From Candidatus Omnitrophota bacterium (lineage in GTDB: Bacteria > Omnitrophota > Gorgyraeia > Zapsychrales > Fredricksoniimonadaceae): 64,000 nucleotides of DNA. The notes beneath the pieces were generated by a model that worked only from the letters and a program-made list of their open reading frames with translations, ran no database searches and was not told where the DNA came from. Position 1 is the stretch's first letter. Every line of letters begins with the position of its first letter. This document shows, one piece after another, positions 48,191 to 56,660 of the stretch. The position numbers were made by a program, and so were the translations under genes. The DNA lies in contig JAYTXU010000063.1 of the NCBI GenBank assembly GCA_043742785.1, forward strand, positions 7,997 to 71,996, read 5' to 3'.

Positions 48191-49281
48191 AAGAAACTCG
48201 GGTTCAGTTAACAGTTATTGTTTTCGCTCTTATTTGTATTGGGATTATTATGATTTATTCTGCTAGCGGTATTAATGCACTAGAGAACTTTCATGATAGT
48301 TTTTATTATCTTAAACGTCATTTTCTTTTTTTAGCTATGGGACTTATTGCTTGCTTGGCGGTGATGAGTTTTGATTATCGAAAAATTCAACCGTATGTCA
48401 AGATTTTGTTGGGCGTTAGTCTTTTTCTTCTAGTTTTAGTTCTCATCCCACATTTTGGTAAGGAAACTTATGGAGCTCGTCGATGGTTTAAATTGGGTGT
48501 TTTCCATTTTCAGCCTTCTGAGTTAGCAAAGTTGGCAGTCATCATATATACGGCTGATTTTTTAAGCCGTAAACAACAGGTGATCAGAGATTTCAAAAAA
48601 GGATTTCTACCCCCTATTCTCGTTGTGGGTGTTGCTTGTATGTTGACAGTTAAGCAGCCTGATTTGGGAACAACTGTTGAGATGGCTGTTGTTGTTCTTG
48701 GGTTGATGTTTATTGCGGGTGCTAGGTTTATACATTTAGCAGCTATTGCAGGGACTGCTATACCTGTTGTCATTTATTTAGTTATTAAAGAGCCTTATCG
48801 TATGGCACGTATTATTGCTTTCTTGGATCCTTGGCAAGATAGCCAGGGAATAGGTTTTCAGTTAACTCAGTCGCAGATTGCTTTAGGTTCTGGTGGTCTT
48901 TTTGGTGTTGGTTTGGGGCATAGTCAGCAGAAATTGTTTTATTTACCAGCGGCACATACAGATTTTATTCTTTCTATTGTTGGAGAAGAATTTGGATTAG
49001 TTGGGGCATTAGTTGTTGTAACTTTGTTTATCCTTTTTATATGGACAGGGATTCGTTTAATTCGTCAAACGCATGAAGGATTCGGCTATTTTTTAAGTAT
49101 TGGTATTATTATGATGTTAGGGTTACAGGCGATGGTTAATGTGGGAGTTTCTATTGGAGCTTTTCCAACAAAAGGTTTGCCGTTGCCGTTTATCAGTTAT
49201 GGTGGTTCCGCATTAATTTTTCATTTGGTGGCGATTGCTTTGATTTTAAATGTTTCTAAAACCAATGATCAGAAATTCTGA
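48187..49281 (+). CDS. ftsW: Peptidoglycan polymerase FtsW
   Basis: GARRW, QPSELAK, QPDLGT, YLPAAHTDFI, LPFISYGGS. Confidence 0.95.
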   Translation: MKETRVQLTVIVFALICIGIIMIYSASGINALENFHDSFYYLKRHFLFLAMGLIACLAVMSFDYRKIQPYVKILLGVSLFLLVLVLIPHFGKETYGARRWFKLGVFHFQPSELAKLAVIIYTADFLSRKQQVIRDFKKGFLPPILVVGVACMLTVKQPDLGTTVEMAVVVLGLMFIAGARFIHLAAIAGTAIPVVIYLVIKEPYRMARIIAFLDPWQDSQGIGFQLTQSQIALGSGGLFGVGLGHSQQKLFYLPAAHTDFILSIVGEEFGLVGALVVVTLFILFIWTGIRLIRQTHEGFGYFLSIGIIMMLGLQAMVNVGVSIGAFPTKGLPLPFISYGGSALIFHLVAIALILNVSKTNDQKF

Positions 49282-49285
49282 GTGA

Positions 49286-49323
49286 CAGGGAATCCTCGTT
49301 AAGAAGGAATTGCCAAAGGGAAT
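49286..49323 (+). repeat. 30-bp palindromic repeat unit, intergenic copy
   Basis: CAGGGAATCCTCGTTAAGAAGGAATTGCCA; AGGGAAT recurs 30 bp later; similar to the units inside murG. Confidence 0.6.
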
Positions 49324-49329
49324 GTTAAT

Positions 49330-50448
49330 ATGAGAATTGTTATTGCCACTGGAGGTACAGGCGGACATATTTTTCCTGCACTTCAGACAGCGTGCATTTT
49401 AAGAGATCGTGGTCATGAAATATTTTTTATAGGATCTTTGGGATTAGGGGAAGAAAGAGTTAGAGCCGAAGGCTTTAAAGCAACAGTTATTCGTGCTCAA
49501 GGGGTAACCAATCGATCCTTGGTAGGTTTGATAAAGTTTGGTTGGTCAATGTTTAAAGCCATTGTTCAATCGATAAAGGCGGTAAGGCAGGTTAAGCCTG
49601 ATAAGGTTATTGGATTTGGTGGATATGGATCCTTTGCTGTTGTTTTGTCAGCAAAGCTTTTTAGTATTCCTTCTATGATTCATGAACAGAACGTTGTTCC
49701 TGGTAAAGCCAATCGTTTGTTAGCTAAGTTGGTTAAAAAAATAGCTATAAGTTTCCCTGGAACACGAAATCATTTTAATCACAATAAAACAGTATGGACG
49801 GGTTGCCCCTGTCATCAAAATCGTCCTTTAGACAGCAGGGAAGTTTTGTTAAAGAAGTTTTCATTAGATCCTAAGCGTAAAACAATTTTAGTATTAGGAG
49901 GAAGTCAGGGAAGTCAGAAATTAAATGAAGTATTTTTTGAAATGATTTCCGACCAACAGGGAGTCCCCGATAAGAGGGGAGACCATCAGGGAATCTGCAG
50001 TGTAAGTAGATTACCGCCAATACAGGCTATCCATATGACGGGTAAGAAAGAGTATTCTTTATATGAGAATAAATATCGAGATAATTCTTTACCTGTAAGA
50101 GTTTTTGAATTTATCAGCCCTATTGAAGAAGCGTATGCTTTAGCAGATGTGGTGATTGCACGTGCGGGGGCAGCAACAGTCAGTGAAGTAGGTTTTTTTG
50201 CCATTCCTTCAATTTTTATTCCGTATCCTTTAGCTGATGGTCATCAGAAATATAATGCTCAAGTTCTTTCTCAATTAGGTTTAGCGTCTATTATAGATCA
50301 AAAGGATTTAACAAAGGATGTCTTAGAAGATTCTTTAAAGGATTTGTTATTAGTTAATTTTGATAGAATATCTTGGCAAAAGAAAACAGAACAATCATTT
50401 AAAAGTTTTCCAGCTCAAGAACTAGCTCAAGCAGTGGAAGATTTATGA
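49330..50448 (+). CDS. murG: MurG GlcNAc transferase with an in-frame repeat insertion
   Basis: GGTGGHIFP, GFGGY, HEQN, GGSQG, RAGA.T, HQ..NA. Confidence 0.96.
   Translation: MRIVIATGGTGGHIFPALQTACILRDRGHEIFFIGSLGLGEERVRAEGFKATVIRAQGVTNRSLVGLIKFGWSMFKAIVQSIKAVRQVKPDKVIGFGGYGSFAVVLSAKLFSIPSMIHEQNVVPGKANRLLAKLVKKIAISFPGTRNHFNHNKTVWTGCPCHQNRPLDSREVLLKKFSLDPKRKTILVLGGSQGSQKLNEVFFEMISDQQGVPDKRGDHQGICSVSRLPPIQAIHMTGKKEYSLYENKYRDNSLPVRVFEFISPIEEAYALADVVIARAGAATVSEVGFFAIPSIFIPYPLADGHQKYNAQVLSQLGLASIIDQKDLTKDVLEDSLKDLLLVNFDRISWQKKTEQSFKSFPAQELAQAVEDL
49951..50016 (+). repeat. Two tandem 30-bp palindromic units inside murG
   Basis: GACCAACAGGGAGTCCCC...GGGGA then GACCATCAGGGAATCTGC...GTAGATT; 30-bp period, each unit a hairpin; encodes DQQGVPDKRGDHQGICSVSRLP. 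Confidence 0.7.
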
Positions 50449-51233
50449 ATTATATCTTAAGAGTTTTAATCTTTGTTTTTGCGATTTATATGACACAAGT
50501 TACTTGTGTCAGTGCCAAAGATTGGGAAGTTCTTAAAGGGAATAATTTTATTGTTTATTATCGAATGAATGTTCCTGAAGAGTTTATTAAAACTGTGTTG
50601 GACTCTGCAGAAGATGAACACAGTCGTGTTCTTGGGAATTTGGGGGTTTCACGTTATCAAAGTTGGGCTAATGAAAAACGCGCATCAATTTATATTTATT
50701 CAGATGAGAAGGATTATGTGAGCAATGGAAATCAGCCTGGTTGGTCGCATGGGTGGGCGTTAGCATCAAGTAAGATCATTAAAACATATCCTTCGGATCA
50801 AGGATTTTTTGATGCATTATTGCCTCATGAATTAGGACATATTATTTTTTATGAATTAGTGGGGCCTTATGCAGATGTTCCTTTATGGTTAAATGAGGGA
50901 ATTGCAATGTATCAGGAAAAGGCGAAGCATATAGGAGCTGCAAAGATTGTCCAAGAGGCCTTAGAAAAAGGTCAATTTATTCCTTTAACACAATTAACAG
51001 TTATGCGATTATATAACAATTCAAGCCAAGAAACTGTTGATCTTTTTTATGCAGAATCTGCGAGTATAGTTAATTTCTTGATTACTCAGCTTGGAGAAGG
51101 ACTTTTTTTTAAATTATGTCGAGAGCTAAAAGAGAAAAAAAGTCTTGTGGAGGCGCTATCTATAACATATAGACACATTGAAAATTTAGAAGATTTGAAT
51201 AAGAGATGGATTGAATATTTGAAAGGTCGTTGA
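50445..51233 (+). CDS. Secreted MA-clan (Peptidase_MA_2-like) zinc metallopeptidase
   Basis: Signal peptide; HELGH, PLWLNEGIA, FYAESASIVNFL. Confidence 0.82.
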   Translation: MNYILRVLIFVFAIYMTQVTCVSAKDWEVLKGNNFIVYYRMNVPEEFIKTVLDSAEDEHSRVLGNLGVSRYQSWANEKRASIYIYSDEKDYVSNGNQPGWSHGWALASSKIIKTYPSDQGFFDALLPHELGHIIFYELVGPYADVPLWLNEGIAMYQEKAKHIGAAKIVQEALEKGQFIPLTQLTVMRLYNNSSQETVDLFYAESASIVNFLITQLGEGLFFKLCRELKEKKSLVEALSITYRHIENLEDLNKRWIEYLKGR

Positions 51234-52609
51234 TGAAAAAGAAACATTATCATTTTATTGGTATTGGTGGCGTTGGGATGGGGACCTTAGCTTCGTTATT
51301 ATTAGCCAAAGGACATAAGATCAGTGGATCAGATCTTAAGGATAGTGAATTAACAACTCAGTTACGTAAAAATGGAGCAGTGATTTCTATTGGGCATCAC
51401 GCTAGCAATGTTCAAGAACCTGATCATGTTGTTTATTCGTCAGCGATTCCTATGACCAATCCTGAAATGATGGAGTCGATTATTCGTAATTTGCCTTTGC
51501 TTAAACGTGCGGAAGTTTTGGCTCAGTTGGTGAATGAGGAGATAGGAATTACGATTGCGGGAGCTCATGGTAAAACAACGACTACTTCGATGATATCTTG
51601 TCTTTTACTTAATGCTGGAGTTAAACCAACTACGGCGGTAGGAGGGATCATCAATGGGAATGCTTATAATGCTCATTTAGGAGAAGGAAAATATTTTGTT
51701 GCTGAAGTGGACGAAAGTGACGGGACATTTTTATATTTTCGTCCTATGTATTCTATTATTACAAATATTGATTTTGAGCATGTTGATTTTTATAAAGATT
51801 GGAAGGGTATTTTAGAAGCTTATCGAAAGTTTATTAATTACACGAGTGATCAGGGAGTTTTAATTGCCTGTGCTCAAGATCAAAAATTAAAAGAATTGAT
51901 TAAAGAAACAAATAAGAAGGTTGTTTTTTATGGGCTTGATGAGTCTTGCGATGTGTGGGCTAAAAATATTATTACGGAGGGTTTTCATTCACGGTTTGAT
52001 TGTTTTACTAAGGAAGGTCAATTAGCTAGCTTTGAGTTAATTGTTCCAGGCAATCACAATATTCTTAATGCGTTAGCATGTATTTCTTTAGGGTTACAGT
52101 TAGGAGTTTCTTGTGAAATTATACAAAAAACTCTTAAAGAATTTGGTGGTGTGAAGCGTCGTTTTCAATTAAGAGGTAAGGTAGATGATGTTATGGTTGT
52201 CGATGATTACGGACATCATCCAACTGAAATTGAGGCTACACTTAAAGCGGCTCGACTTTTTAATAAAAAGCGCTTGGTAACAGTCTTTCAGCCTCATCGG
52301 TATTCGAGAACAAAATTCCTACTAAATGAATTTGTCGAAAGTTTGTTGTTAACAGATCAACTAATTATTACTGATATTTATGCGGCTAGCGAGAAACCTT
52401 CAGCAGGTGTTGGAATTAAAGAATTGTTGGAGCCTCTGCAAAGCAAGTTAGGGAGTCGAGTGGTTTATTGTAAGAAAGAAGATATTTTAAATCATTTGAC
52501 GGATTTTGTACAAAATGGGGATTTGGTATTATTTCTAGGAGCAGGGGATGTTAATCATTGTTGTGATGATTTATTGGGCAATCTTTCGAAAAAGAAGGTT
52601 ATGGCATGA
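51230..52609 (+). CDS. murC: UDP-MurNAc-L-Ala ligase MurC
   Basis: HFIGIGGVGM, GAHGKTTT, EVDESDG, DDYGHHPTE, FQPHRYSRT. Confidence 0.96.
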   Translation: MMKKKHYHFIGIGGVGMGTLASLLLAKGHKISGSDLKDSELTTQLRKNGAVISIGHHASNVQEPDHVVYSSAIPMTNPEMMESIIRNLPLLKRAEVLAQLVNEEIGITIAGAHGKTTTTSMISCLLLNAGVKPTTAVGGIINGNAYNAHLGEGKYFVAEVDESDGTFLYFRPMYSIITNIDFEHVDFYKDWKGILEAYRKFINYTSDQGVLIACAQDQKLKELIKETNKKVVFYGLDESCDVWAKNIITEGFHSRFDCFTKEGQLASFELIVPGNHNILNALACISLGLQLGVSCEIIQKTLKEFGGVKRRFQLRGKVDDVMVVDDYGHHPTEIEATLKAARLFNKKRLVTVFQPHRYSRTKFLLNEFVESLLLTDQLIITDIYAASEKPSAGVGIKELLEPLQSKLGSRVVYCKKEDILNHLTDFVQNGDLVLFLGAGDVNHCCDDLLGNLSKKKVMA

Positions 52610-53556
52610 GTCAGTCTCAGTTTGGAATGATTGGTGTTTTAATGGGAGGGTATTCTTCAGAAAGAACTATTTCATTACGTTCTGGTTCTGCGGTGGCATC
52701 TGCTTTAAGTGCCGCAGGGCATTTAGTTAAAAGCATTGATATTGAAACCAGTGATCGATCTAAAATTATTGAGATAATCAAAAAAGCTAATCTTGATGTA
52801 GCCTTTATTGCCTTACATGGTCGTTTAGGAGAAGATGGTCAGATACAATCTATTTTAGAAGAATTAGGGATTTCTTATACAGGTTCAGGAGTGCTCGCCA
52901 GTCAAAAAGCATTTAATAAAATTACGGCTCAAAGTGCTTTTGAAGATGCGGGGTTGTCTATTCCAGAAAATTTTTATATTACCAAGGGAGAGTTTGTTCA
53001 TTTTAGGGATGTTTTTGGAGTTTTGAAAAAATTACCATTTGTTGTTAAGGCGGCTTGTGAAGGATCGAGTCTTGGTGTATATATGGTGAGGCATCCTTCT
53101 GGTTGGGAATCCGCCTTAAAAGATGCATTAACATTTGGTCCTTTTGTTATTGTAGAAAAGTTTATTAAAGGGCGTGAAGTAACGGTGGGTATATTTGATC
53201 GTCAGCCCTTGCCTTTGGTAGAAATTGTTACTCAAAGTTCTTTATTTGATTATCAGTCTAAATATCAAAGAGGTTTAACGAATTATGTGGTGCCGGCCCA
53301 GTTGTCAGAAGATTTAACTAAGAAAATTCAGGCGATGGCGCTTTTAGCTTATGATGTCTTAGGTTGTGAGGGTTTTGCTAGAGTGGATATTCGTATTAAT
53401 GAAGTAAATCATCCTTATATTTTAGAGATCAACACTATTCCTGGATTTACAGAAACCAGTCTTTTTCCTAAGGCTGCAGCTAAGGTAGGGTTTAGCTTTT
53501 TACAGGTCTGTGAGAAATTATTAGATTTAGCTTATGCCAAAAAAGTCCAACGTTAA
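52606..53556 (+). CDS. ddl: D-alanine-D-alanine ligase
   Basis: GG.SSER.ISL.SG, LHG..GEDG, GSSLG, FDYQSKY, EINTIPG. Confidence 0.96.
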   Translation: MSQSQFGMIGVLMGGYSSERTISLRSGSAVASALSAAGHLVKSIDIETSDRSKIIEIIKKANLDVAFIALHGRLGEDGQIQSILEELGISYTGSGVLASQKAFNKITAQSAFEDAGLSIPENFYITKGEFVHFRDVFGVLKKLPFVVKAACEGSSLGVYMVRHPSGWESALKDALTFGPFVIVEKFIKGREVTVGIFDRQPLPLVEIVTQSSLFDYQSKYQRGLTNYVVPAQLSEDLTKKIQAMALLAYDVLGCEGFARVDIRINEVNHPYILEINTIPGFTETSLFPKAAAKVGFSFLQVCEKLLDLAYAKKVQR

Positions 53557-54301
53557 AATCCCAACTATTGTTGTTATTCGACTCATTGTATTTCTCTTTA
53601 TAGGAGTTATTATTTTTGGGATTTATAGCAGGACTGCGAAGTTTTTAATGACTGCTCCTATGTTTGATATTAAAGATGTCTTGGTGGATCAATCCATCAG
53701 TTTTATTGATCATAGACCGTTAAGAGGGTTAAAAGGTCAAAATATTTTTAGTATTGATTTAGTGAAGCTTCATTGGCAGATTGCTAATCAATATTCTCAG
53801 ATTTCTCAGCTACGTGTGGTACGTGAATTGCCCGATACGATTAAGATATTGGCAAAAAAGAGAGATATTCTTTTACAAGTTGCGGCACATAATAAGTTCT
53901 TAATTGTTGATACGGAAGGCGTAACTATGTTTTATACGCCATCCCCGGTGACTTTCCCATTAGTTAAAGGGATTTCTTTAGAGAGAAGTAAAATTATTTT
54001 AGGTTCTCCTTCTACAAGCAAAGAGTTGAATCTGGTTGTAGAACTTTTGCAGGAACTAAAATCTCATCCTAATACAAGTCGACTTAAAGTCATCAGCATA
54101 GATGCTGGTAATTTATCAAAAATTCAACTGTTGGTAATGCCTAATATTCAGATTATTATTGATCAAGATGCCCTAACCGCTAAAGTAGCCATGTTAGAGA
54201 TTCTTTTTCAAAATGGTAAAATTAATTGGAGTTTGGTTAAATATATTGATATTCGTTTTAAAGAACCTATTATTAATGAAAATACTCCTCAAGAGAAATA
54301 A
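53534..54301 (+). CDS. ftsQ: Cell division protein FtsQ
   Basis: TM helix, POTRA-like region (RELPDTIKI), YIDIRF; position between ddl and ftsA. Confidence 0.8.
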   Translation: MPKKSNVKIPTIVVIRLIVFLFIGVIIFGIYSRTAKFLMTAPMFDIKDVLVDQSISFIDHRPLRGLKGQNIFSIDLVKLHWQIANQYSQISQLRVVRELPDTIKILAKKRDILLQVAAHNKFLIVDTEGVTMFYTPSPVTFPLVKGISLERSKIILGSPSTSKELNLVVELLQELKSHPNTSRLKVISIDAGNLSKIQLLVMPNIQIIIDQDALTAKVAMLEILFQNGKINWSLVKYIDIRFKEPIINENTPQEK

Positions 54302-54309
54302 GGTTAATT

Positions 54310-55542
54310 ATGTTAAAGAATATTAAGCGTAGTAAATATTTTTGTGGATTGGATTTAGGTTCTCAAACCATTAAAGCTGCTTTAGTAAGAGTACAGGATG
54401 AAAATAATTTAGAGTTATTAGGTGTTTATGAATTGCCATCGGCGGGTTTAAAAGAAGCTTCCATTACTGATTTAACGGAGTTGTCTCAAACAGTTTTGCG
54501 GGCTATTGAGGGGCTTTGCCAGAGAATTGCGATTCGTCCCACTGCAGTTCATCTAGGCATCAGTGCTGATTTATTATCTTTTCGTCGTTCTTCTGCTGTT
54601 ATTCCTTTAGTCGATGCGGGAACTAAGGTAGTTGCACCTTCAGATGTGGCTAAGGTTAATCATCAAGCGCGTCTTCTGGGGGCGGGTATTGATGAGGAGA
54701 TTATTCATAGTTTTGAGCAATTTTATAAAGTGGATGATGTGAATGTCTCATTGAATCCTAGTGGTTTATATGGCCGTAAATTGGAAACTAATCTTTTGTT
54801 ATTAACAGCTAATGCTGGTCGTTTGCGTAATATGAACAAGGCTGTTCATCAAGCAGGATTTGATGTACAGAAAGTTTCTCTTTCAACCTATGCGGCAAGT
54901 CAGGTTGCTTTAGATGAATCCTTTAAAAAAGAAGGATGTGCGCTTATTGATATTGGTGCGCATATGACGAGTGTTTTGTTTTTTAAGAATGGCATTTTAG
55001 GGGATGTTCAATTTATTCGCTGGGGGGGAGATTTTATTACTCAAAGTATTGCTGATCGATTAAGTCTAACAAGTGATCTTGCAGAAGAAATCAAGAAGAC
55101 GCATGCAGTGGCCGCTAAATTAGACCCTCAAGAAGCTTCCGGTGATATTTTAGTTAAACGAGATAAAGGTTACGTTCCTATAAGACGTCAAAGTGTATGT
55201 GAAGCTGTCGAATGGGAAATAGAAAATTTATTGACCCATTTAGAGACAGTATTAAAAGGTTCTGCTCTTTATCATCAATTAAATAAGGGGGCTGTGATTG
55301 TAGGGGGCACTGCTTTGTTGCCAGGACTTATTGAACGTATAGAACAGAGGTCAAACTTGACAGTTAGTTTAGGAATTGCTACCAAGGGTTTACAAAATCC
55401 TTCGATCTTTGCTGGAGCGATTGGTTTAGCTCAAATGGACTATTTCCAAAGAAAAGGAAAACTGGTTAGTTTAAAAATGACCAAGAGTTGGGTTAAGAAT
55501 ATTTTTATTAAATTTGAAGAGTTGTGTCAGGAGTATTTTTAA
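54310..55542 (+). CDS. ftsA: Cell division protein FtsA
   Basis: GLDLGS, IDIGA, GGDFIT, AEEIK, GGTALL.G, C-terminal amphipathic helix. Confidence 0.88.
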   Translation: MLKNIKRSKYFCGLDLGSQTIKAALVRVQDENNLELLGVYELPSAGLKEASITDLTELSQTVLRAIEGLCQRIAIRPTAVHLGISADLLSFRRSSAVIPLVDAGTKVVAPSDVAKVNHQARLLGAGIDEEIIHSFEQFYKVDDVNVSLNPSGLYGRKLETNLLLLTANAGRLRNMNKAVHQAGFDVQKVSLSTYAASQVALDESFKKEGCALIDIGAHMTSVLFFKNGILGDVQFIRWGGDFITQSIADRLSLTSDLAEEIKKTHAVAAKLDPQEASGDILVKRDKGYVPIRRQSVCEAVEWEIENLLTHLETVLKGSALYHQLNKGAVIVGGTALLPGLIERIEQRSNLTVSLGIATKGLQNPSIFAGAIGLAQMDYFQRKGKLVSLKMTKSWVKNIFIKFEELCQEYF

Positions 55543-55546
55543 ATGA

Positions 55547-55612
55547 GCACATGACTTGCGGAGAGTGTTGACGTAAGTCATTGGTGCGAATTTATCCCTG
55601 AAAGGGATTGTT
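55547..55612. terminator. Two hairpins between convergent genes, ending the dcw cluster
   Basis: ATGACTTGCG/CGTAAGTCAT (55551-55581) and ATCCCT/AGGGAT (55594-55608) followed by TGTTTT. Confidence 0.6.
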
Positions 55613-55972
55613 TTAAGTGTCTTTATTACGTTGATCGTTACGTCTGTGGCTTAGGTTGAAGTCAATATTCTTTAGAACGCTTCTAAGTCTAAGAAGGCTA
55701 TTGAAGATATAGAGAATCCAAAAAGAATTAAATAACAGAAGGATAACAATCAGCAAAGTGTTAACTGATTGAGCCATTAGAAGTTTTTCTAGGACGCTGC
55801 TTTTCTGGACATCAATACTGACATCAATGATTTTTAATGAATTGATAAACGTTGCAACGAAGATAACAACCAGGATAATTTCAAAGAATAGAATGTAGAA
55901 ATGACGGACAATGAATTGAGCGGAACGATTGTCCCACTGGCGAATTTTGTTCATGAAATTATTGAATCCCAT
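55613..55972 (-). CDS. Hypothetical two-TM membrane protein
   Basis: AAGGAG ribosome-binding site; two hydrophobic helices. Confidence 0.7.
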   Translation of the reverse strand: MGFNNFMNKIRQWDNRSAQFIVRHFYILFFEIILVVIFVATFINSLKIIDVSIDVQKSSVLEKLLMAQSVNTLLIVILLLFNSFWILYIFNSLLRLRSVLKNIDFNLSHRRNDQRNKDT

Positions 55973-56047
55973 AGCGCAATCTCCTTATAATTAATCATTG
56001 TATTATTCTTTATTGGCGGAGCAACAGAAATCTTAAAGAAATCTTTT

Positions 56048-56548
56048 ATGAAATTATTAGGTTTAATAGTGCTGCTGACAGTACTCTTATCTAGCTGTGT
56101 TATTTCTCCACCAGTTGCTAGGGGTAGTCTAGGATACGAGGATTCTCGCCGAGTTGTTGTAGTGGGGGAGAATGTGGATTCTGCGCTCGCTGGATATTAT
56201 CAAAATAAGTATGATGCTCTCGTATGGTTTACTCCTTATCAAGGCCAATTTGCCAATAAGGCTAGTAATTTTCTGCAGAGCGGTTTCAGATCTAGTGTTG
56301 CCATGCGTAGTCTGATTGCAGAATTAAAGAGTATTAATTATACTGTAGGTCAATGGGAAATCATTGTTCCTGGTATTGCGGAAAAGTATTTCTTAGCTGT
56401 CCTTAAGGAGATGGAAGATCATTTTCTGTCTAAAGCTAGAGGGTCAGTTGTATTGATCGATTCAACAAGCAACAAAGATATTGAAATACAGTTAAAGCGT
56501 GTGACGGATGGATTTTTCTTTGTTTCTTATGAATTCCATAAGAAATAA
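56048..56548 (+). CDS. Hypothetical lipoprotein
   Basis: Lipobox LLSSC; 166 aa. Confidence 0.65.
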   Translation: MKLLGLIVLLTVLLSSCVISPPVARGSLGYEDSRRVVVVGENVDSALAGYYQNKYDALVWFTPYQGQFANKASNFLQSGFRSSVAMRSLIAELKSINYTVGQWEIIVPGIAEKYFLAVLKEMEDHFLSKARGSVVLIDSTSNKDIEIQLKRVTDGFFFVSYEFHKK

Positions 56549-56622
56549 CGCGCCTGGCAGGGGTCGAACCTGCAACCCTCAGTTCCGAAGACTGATGCTC
56601 TATCCAGTTGAGCTACAGGCGC
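56549..56622 (-). tRNA. tRNA-Arg (UCG); CCA not encoded
   Basis: Reverse complement GCGCCTGTAGCTCAACTGGATAGAGCA-TCAGT-CTTCGGA-ACTGA-GGGTTGCAGGTTCGACCCCTGCCAGGCGCG. Confidence 0.96.
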
Positions 56623-56660
56623 AAGGTTATAAAATTTTTTCTACATACTATATGATATTA

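Noticed and set aside
49951-50016. Tandem 30-bp units as a CRISPR array
   Set aside because: Only two degenerate abutting units, no spacers, no cas genes, and inside a coding sequence. No CRISPR array was seen in the window.
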